From contig JAVBVA010000009.1 in NCBI GenBank assembly GCA_031554665.1, positions 2,911-66,910 on the forward strand: DNA of 64,000 nucleotides, read 5' to 3'. The position numbers and the translations under genes are program-made. This document shows, one piece after another, positions 57,986 through 64,000 of the stretch (the stretch's first letter is position 1; each line of letters starts with the position of its first letter). The notes beneath the pieces were generated by a model. That model saw only the letters and a program-made list of their open reading frames with translations, did no database searches and had not been told where the DNA came from. The DNA is from Bacteroides sp. Its GTDB lineage: Bacteria; Bacteroidota; Bacteroidia; Bacteroidales; Bacteroidaceae.

Positions 57986-60900
57986 TTAGAAAGTAGCATT
58001 TACACCAAGAACAAACTGACGGGCGCGAGGATAGGTTCCCCAATCAAGTCCCGGAGTCGGATAACGGGAGTTGTTCATGTTAGACTGAGTATTGACTTCA
58101 GGGTCAAGTCCCGAATACCCTGTCAAGGTAAATACATTATAGATTGTTCCATAGACCCGGATATTGTTCATACCTACTTTCTTCAGAATTGTTTTAGGTA
58201 ATGTGTAACCCAGAGTCAATGTATTCAAGCGGAGGTATGAACCATCTTCGATACCAATGTCGGATACATAGCCTTGCTTCAGATAAGTCAACGGCAACGT
58301 GGCATTCTTGTTGGCAGCATCTAATTGCTCGGGAGTAGTAAGAGGCATCAGCATTCCATCTTTAATGTCATAAATTTTGTAGCAATTGTTTGTGATAGCC
58401 AGCTTGTTACCGTACAAACCACCACCCTTTTCACCATTGTAAAGAGTAGCCAGTCTATTCGCATTGTAGATATCATTACCATAACTCCAGTTGAAATACA
58501 AACCAAGGTCGAAGTTCTTGTAGTTAACATTAACATTGAAACCACCTGTATGTTTGGGGTTCATGTTACCGATCTCAACAATATCGGCTTCAGTGATTAT
58601 GTTGTCATCGTTCATATTCTGAAATTTCGGCATACCCGGATACGCATACTGTCCGGCAGGAACTTTACCTCCGTGTTGTCCTACAAATGCACCTGTAAGA
58701 TCGGCAATACCCGGTTTCAAAGTGTAAATACCAGTGGTTGAGTCGTAATCGAAATCTTGGGTTGTATAATATCCTTTACCATCCATCTTATAGCCTTGTA
58801 CGATACCTACAGGTTTGCCTTCTTTCAGGACATAGTCTGTATTGGGTATACCCGATTGCAGGAACTGGGTTCCGTAAGCGCTCTGAACACCTTCGGCCAG
58901 TTTATCAATATTACCTTTATTGAAGTTAATGTTAACACCTCCGGTAATATTCCAATCCTGATTCTTATACAGTACACCCGAGAGTGAAAGTTCCAAGCCC
59001 TTATTGCTAGTTTGACCGATGTTGGCATAAGTGTTGTTAAACCCGGTAATAGACGGAATGTCAGTCAGCATGAGCAAGTCTTTTGTAGTATTCTTGTACA
59101 CTTCGATGCTACCCCACATCCGGTTCTTCAGTAAAGTGAAGTCAAGTCCGATATTACGTGTGATGGTGGTTTCCCATTTCAAGTCGCGGTTGGCCATCTG
59201 CTTCGAAGCCAGGTCGTATGCCGGCTGAGACTTATTGCCTAAACCGTACTGAAATTTGATATCTGTTTCAGCTTCCCACATTTGAGTCCATTGGTCGGAG
59301 TTGATCGCATCATTACCTACCTGTCCGTAAGAGAAACGAAGTTTCAAGTCGTCGAGCCAAGTCAATGGTTTCATAAAAGCTTCCTCTGAAATACGCCATG
59401 CCAAAGCAGCAGCAGGGAAGTATCCCCAGCGGTGTTCGGGCGAGAAGTTTGACGAACCGTCTGCACGCATTGTCACCGTAAGCATGTAGCGATCGAGAAG
59501 TGAGTAGTTGGCTCTACCGAAATAGGAGAGGATACGGCTCGGAGTAGTAACTCCTGAAGAAAGACTGAGCTTGTCACCGTATTGTGAAATCATGGCAAAG
59601 GCATTATCTTTCGTAAAGTTTGCCGGATACATTTCGGCTTGAACGCGCAAGTCCGAACCACCCGAGTCGGTTACTTCCTGACCCACCAATACATTGATTC
59701 TGTGCGCTTGTTTCAGCTCAAATTGATAATTCAAGGTATTCGACCAACGTGAACTCCATTTGTCACGTTTTCTGTAGTCTGCATTACCTGCATACTTTAT
59801 TTCGTCAATGGTCTCTTTGGTACCTATCGCAGTATAATAGTTATCGCTGACCAGCGGGCCGTTCCAAGTCTTGTTTGTGGTGTATCCGCGAGTCAATGTC
59901 AATTCGGTGCGATATGCCAGTCCCTTGATGATATTCCAATTAATACCGGCAGTAGCACGATACGATTGGGTCATCTCTCTTTCATCGTTATTTTTGATTC
60001 TGTTTACACCATTCGTCACATCAAACATAACGTTATTTTCTTCACCCAGCTTGGTATTATCAAACACTTTTATGTCGCCTCTTGCATCGATATCAGCTAC
60101 AGAGATGGGACGAAAGCGGTAAGCACCCGAGAGTACAGATCCATAACCATTGGTCGTTCCTTCGCTACCCAACGTTGTTCTATCGGTATAGCGGGCGTCC
60201 AGATTGAAAGTCAGGTTATTGCTGATCTTTTGCTCCAGTTTGAACGATGCCGAAGCACGTTTGTTGTATGATTGTAACTTCATACCTTGTTCGTCCATGT
60301 AGTTCAAAGAGAAGATAACCTTTGTGCGGTCGCTTCCGCCTGTAATGGTGAGGTCATGGTTGTGCGAGAATGAGCTGTTGTAAACCTCCTTTTGCATATC
60401 GTATACTGATACATTCTTATAACCATTAATACCAGCTTTATTCTTATCGGTGGTATAATCTCCAATGCCAAACAATTGTTGGAACGGTGTCGTAGCTGTT
60501 TCTCCATCGTATGCAGCAAGGACTCCCCACTTATAAGCTAAATAATCGTAAGGATTCAATGTTTCCATGTATCCGGTAGTTGTATTGAATTTGGCATATC
60601 CGCTATAGTTAACAGACACTTTTCCTTCTTTACCTTTCTTGGTAGTAACAAGAATTACACCATTAGCACCACGTGCACCATAGATAGCTGTCGAAGAAGC
60701 ATCTTTCAAGACGTCTATACTTTCTACCTGATCACCGGGAATATCACCAATGGTACCCGGAATACCATCGATCAGCACCAGCGGGTCATTATTTTGCGAA
60801 ATAGAACCTCCACCACGTACGCGAATGGAAACAGATGCATTCGGACGACCGTCTTGTGACATTACGTTTACACCCGGCAGCTTACCTTGCAGGGCCTGGG

Positions 60901-61327
60901 CTACGTTAGTAACCGGAGTAGCGGCAAGGGTCGAACCTTTGACAGAAGCCACAGATCCGGTAAGGTCTTTACGTCTTACCGTCTGATAACCGATAACCAC
61001 AACTTCGTCCAATTGTTCGGCATCTTCTTTCAATGTAATCTTAATAGAAGTCTGCTTCCCAACCGTAACTTGTTCGGGGAGATAACCAATGTAAGAAACC
61101 ACAATCACTGAATTGTCGGAAACACCGGAGATTGAAAATTTACCGTCGAAATCAGTAATAGATCCATTGGCTGTTCCTTTTACGAGTACATTCACACCGA
61201 TCATCGGTTCACCCTGAGTGTCGACAACAACACCCGTCACCGTACGAACTTGTGCAAAAGCAGCGAGACAAAGCATACTCAGGAATAGAGATGCCATTGC
61301 CTTTTTGGCGAGTCTTTTTAGCTCCAT
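57986..61327 (-). CDS. susC: SusC-like TonB-dependent transporter
   Basis: EVVVIGY, LKDASSTAIYGARGANGV, GSSNF...RWGYFP motifs and C-terminal GVNATF. Confidence 0.96.
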   Translation of the reverse strand: MELKRLAKKAMASLFLSMLCLAAFAQVRTVTGVVVDTQGEPMIGVNVLVKGTANGSITDFDGKFSISGVSDNSVIVVSYIGYLPEQVTVGKQTSIKITLKEDAEQLDEVVVIGYQTVRRKDLTGSVASVKGSTLAATPVTNVAQALQGKLPGVNVMSQDGRPNASVSIRVRGGGSISQNNDPLVLIDGIPGTIGDIPGDQVESIDVLKDASSTAIYGARGANGVILVTTKKGKEGKVSVNYSGYAKFNTTTGYMETLNPYDYLAYKWGVLAAYDGETATTPFQQLFGIGDYTTDKNKAGINGYKNVSVYDMQKEVYNSSFSHNHDLTITGGSDRTKVIFSLNYMDEQGMKLQSYNKRASASFKLEQKISNNLTFNLDARYTDRTTLGSEGTTNGYGSVLSGAYRFRPISVADIDARGDIKVFDNTKLGEENNVMFDVTNGVNRIKNNDEREMTQSYRATAGINWNIIKGLAYRTELTLTRGYTTNKTWNGPLVSDNYYTAIGTKETIDEIKYAGNADYRKRDKWSSRWSNTLNYQFELKQAHRINVLVGQEVTDSGGSDLRVQAEMYPANFTKDNAFAMISQYGDKLSLSSGVTTPSRILSYFGRANYSLLDRYMLTVTMRADGSSNFSPEHRWGYFPAAALAWRISEEAFMKPLTWLDDLKLRFSYGQVGNDAINSDQWTQMWEAETDIKFQYGLGNKSQPAYDLASKQMANRDLKWETTITRNIGLDFTLLKNRMWGSIEVYKNTTKDLLMLTDIPSITGFNNTYANIGQTSNKGLELSLSGVLYKNQDWNITGGVNINFNKGNIDKLAEGVQSAYGTQFLQSGIPNTDYVLKEGKPVGIVQGYKMDGKGYYTTQDFDYDSTTGIYTLKPGIADLTGAFVGQHGGKVPAGQYAYPGMPKFQNMNDDNIITEADIVEIGNMNPKHTGGFNVNVNYKNFDLGLYFNWSYGNDIYNANRLATLYNGEKGGGLYGNKLAITNNCYKIYDIKDGMLMPLTTPEQLDAANKNATLPLTYLKQGYVSDIGIEDGSYLRLNTLTLGYTLPKTILKKVGMNNIRVYGTIYNVFTLTGYSGLDPEVNTQSNMNNSRYPTPGLDWGTYPRARQFVLGVNATF

Positions 61328-61621
61328 AAAGAAATGTTTTTATAGTTATTAAATAAGGTAATGCGTACCTAATATTTGTTAATACCGCAAATCTAAAAAT
61401 ACAGACACGAATGTATGTGCATTTTTTGATTATTCATGTGGAAATATCGTTCTTTCGGACATTCCACGTACTTACAGGCGTCTTTTGACGTATTTAATTG
61501 CATCTTTCAGCATAAGAAGAAATTTCACCATAGGGAATCCCCTACCTCATTTTAGGACATTTACTACCGAAAGAATAAAACCTATTTGATTAATTTACAC
61601 AAATTTTAAAACAAACGAATC

Positions 61622-62956
61622 ATGAACAAAAGAAAACCAATTCCTCATTTACTACTAAGCGGTCTGCTGCTATGCGCCGCCATGAATTCTTTCGCACAAG
61701 AGTACAGCGTAAACCTGCTGAAAAACTACACTTTGCCCGACATCAACCGTAAAGCACTGGAGCTGGAATTCAACTCCAACGGAGCTTTCCAAGGCAACAA
61801 GTATGAAGATTCCGAAACCGTATCGTCAACACAGGTAGCAGGAAAGGTAGGTGCCGCCTATTCCCAGTACAAGAACACACGGAAATTCATCGGTGGGCAA
61901 ACATTCAAGTTTAACTTCGACGGGACTTATGCCAGCGAGAAACCGGCAGATGTCGAGGCAGGATACTGGACACCCTCCGCAACCTACACGCATTCGAACC
62001 GGTTTTACAAAGACAAGCTATTATTCTGGGAGGTGAACCCAACGGCTTCGGCTAAGTACCGGAGGGATTTCGGAGACGATCTCTCGAACACGTACTCACA
62101 GTCATGGACTATAGGAGTTCCGCTGGCAATCGGTAAGGGACGTATTGAGAATGTGACCGACATGCGGCAGGCCATCTACATAGCACAAGCGCTGGCCGAC
62201 AAAGGGGTGCTGACTACCCGCATAGCCGACGGCAAAATGACGGAATTCGCACAACTCATCTCTACCGTCAAGAACAAACGATTCCTCGATTACCGGAAAC
62301 ACCTGGAAGAGGAGATCACGCGGGTGGATTCTTTCTTAGTGAGCAACGAGTATGTGAAGGATGGAGGGGCAGCCTATTTTACTACGTTGTACGACTACTG
62401 GTTGTATGGAGCATTGTTCGAAAGACGTAGCGGATGGGAAGTCAGCGCAGGAGTGACACCAGGGTATATGGGTTTTTCGAATAAGAACGACGACAAATAC
62501 AAGGGCCATGGCTGGACAGGCGATACCGAGATCAAGTTCTTGTACGAAAATCCTGTAAGCCTTGCCTGGCAGCACTCGGCAGGGGTATCGGTCAATGCCG
62601 GACTGAGAAAGATGAAGAGCAAATACAATGATTATGAGCAAGATATCGACACCCACTCGGTAGGCACGTCGGGCAGCTACGCCATAGGTTACTACCCGAA
62701 TTCACGGACCAACCTCAACCTTAGGTTATCCGAGTCATTCACGTGGGCGAAGTCTACGAATCAATCCAATGACCGTACCTACTACGACCGGATTTCCAAT
62801 ACGCAACTGGCTTTCCAGACATATTATTATATTTCGCCTCAACTGAGAATCGGCGCGGAAGCTGCATTGAATTATTCTACCAACAATGCCAGTAACCAGA
62901 GGTACGATAACTGGAACGGGAGTTATGTAGCGAAGATTACGTATGCGTTCTATTAA
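61622..62956 (+). CDS. Hypothetical outer-membrane beta-barrel protein
   Basis: Signal peptide, alternating beta-strand pattern, aromatic C-terminus KITYAFY. Confidence 0.65.
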   Translation: MNKRKPIPHLLLSGLLLCAAMNSFAQEYSVNLLKNYTLPDINRKALELEFNSNGAFQGNKYEDSETVSSTQVAGKVGAAYSQYKNTRKFIGGQTFKFNFDGTYASEKPADVEAGYWTPSATYTHSNRFYKDKLLFWEVNPTASAKYRRDFGDDLSNTYSQSWTIGVPLAIGKGRIENVTDMRQAIYIAQALADKGVLTTRIADGKMTEFAQLISTVKNKRFLDYRKHLEEEITRVDSFLVSNEYVKDGGAAYFTTLYDYWLYGALFERRSGWEVSAGVTPGYMGFSNKNDDKYKGHGWTGDTEIKFLYENPVSLAWQHSAGVSVNAGLRKMKSKYNDYEQDIDTHSVGTSGSYAIGYYPNSRTNLNLRLSESFTWAKSTNQSNDRTYYDRISNTQLAFQTYYYISPQLRIGAEAALNYSTNNASNQRYDNWNGSYVAKITYAFY

Positions 62957-62984
62957 GCCAACTCTTCGAGACAGGCCCTAAAAA

Positions 62985-63011
62985 AGGCCCGTTCCAGATG
63001 GTTCGGGCCTA
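62985..63011. terminator. Hairpin between convergent genes
   Basis: aggcccg / cgggcct stem with an A-run on the left (U-tract for the minus strand). Confidence 0.55.
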
Positions 63012-63032
63012 TATAAATTTTGAAGATGCAAT

Positions 63033-63377
63033 TCAAAAATGACACAAGAATTCTGTTAAACTTTCCACATCAGAATATTCTCTGACATCTCCATTAAGCG
63101 AATATGTTCTTTGAGTATTTCTATTTTTCCTAACAATTTTCATCGTTAAGTCAATATTCAAACTTTTATTTACCATAATAACTTTATTACTTAAAGAATC
63201 TATAATCTCGCATAGTTCGTCAGCAAAAGAACGAGATATCAGAACAACACCACTGAAATCTATTTCAATTTCAACTGTCGGAGATGTTATTGATCTATAT
63301 TTCTCAAACATTTTTCTTGCCTCAGACCTGGAACGCAGCTCCGAAGCGATATTGGACAGCATTATTTTTTCTCTCAT
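63033..63377 (-). CDS. STAS-like (DUF4325) protein
   Basis: LRSRSEAR...IDFSGVVLISRSFADE pattern. Confidence 0.8.
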   Translation of the reverse strand: MREKIMLSNIASELRSRSEARKMFEKYRSITSPTVEIEIDFSGVVLISRSFADELCEIIDSLSNKVIMVNKSLNIDLTMKIVRKNRNTQRTYSLNGDVREYSDVESLTEFLCHF

Positions 63378-63380
63378 AAT

Positions 63381-64000
63381 TTATCCCTCCAAATAGTTGA
63401 TATAATTAAACTTGTTATTCTCATTATAGGGAACCCTAAGTAAAACAATTGTACCGTCCCATTTTATTTCTTTTGGCAGTTTTACATATTGTTCGGTACT
63501 TTTGGCTCCTTCTTGTGAGAAATACCTATAAAAAGCGCCCCCTGAGAATAAGAAGAAATGACCTTTGAGCCCATCAACCAACATTTTTCTTGATGTTACA
63601 ATTCCATATCCACGATTCTCAGCATCCGGAAGATTCTTTGCAGAGACCCCAATACTCGCTTTCTGTATAGCCTCAAGATCATCCGCTATGTCCTCAATTT
63701 CCGCTTGCAGGTAACTTCCTAACAAAGTAACACCCTCATCCGCAATACAAATATCTATATATTTATTCTTTCTATAATACTGTGCAAAAATATAACCAAA
63801 TTCACTTCGGGAATGTTCCACAATATTATCTATAATTTCTGATAATAAGTAACTTATACCTCCATACAGATTACCACTGATATTCAACTGCTTCCTGAAT
63901 ATTCCTCCAATTGTAGATATTATTCTGTTTCTCACAGTATCTTTCAATACAGAAGCTGGAAATCGAGTAATTGGAATATATCTTTTCTCAGCATATTCAT
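63381..64000 (-). CDS. HATPase-fold ATP-binding protein (RsbW-like), 5' end outside the window
   Basis: LSEIIDNIVEHS N-box, IADEGV G1, RGYGI G2. The frame stays open to the window edge (EYAEKRYIPITRFPASVLKD); the track start is an internal TTG. Confidence 0.8.
   Translation of the reverse strand, partial: EYAEKRYIPITRFPASVLKDTVRNRIISTIGGIFRKQLNISGNLYGGISYLLSEIIDNIVEHSRSEFGYIFAQYYRKNKYIDICIADEGVTLLGSYLQAEIEDIADDLEAIQKASIGVSAKNLPDAENRGYGIVTSRKMLVDGLKGHFFLFSGGAFYRYFSQEGAKSTEQYVKLPKEIKWDGTIVLLRVPYNENNKFNYINYLEG

Noticed and set aside
1-64000. tRNA, rRNA or recognisable riboswitch
   Set aside because: No cloverleaf, rRNA signature or known aptamer consensus was recognised by eye. A covariance-model scan would be needed to exclude them formally.

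Overview
Bacteroidales chromosomal window, judged from TAnnTTTG promoters, SusC/SusD pairs and an HTCS. It opens with housekeeping genes (DPP-IV, lipA, a tetrapyrrole-type methyltransferase, fabI). A large pectin/homogalacturonan utilisation region follows (two GH28, DUF4861, GH43, esterase, PL1, SusC/SusD/surface lipoprotein, HTCS, CE12-CE8 fusion, KdgF-like cupin, GH3, CE8-like protein, second SusC/SusD). Accessory blocks interrupt it: three tandem paralogous outer-membrane proteins plus higBA (22.2-26.9 kb), a type V pilus locus with a tyrosine recombinase (33.3-44.0 kb), and an AT-rich HATPase/STAS pair at the right edge. The strongest observation is a perfect 24-bp inverted repeat (41195-41218 and 42410-42433) that brackets a whole AraC-family gene plus a promoter. 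Inverting this 1.2-kb cassette would point the internal promoter at the pilus operon and also place araC behind a fixed external promoter, a coupled two-promoter phase switch. The window shows the predicted OFF orientation. Three kinds of intergenic palindromic or periodic repeat elements and several candidate structured RNAs are also present. Family assignments come from motif recognition by eye; no searches were run.
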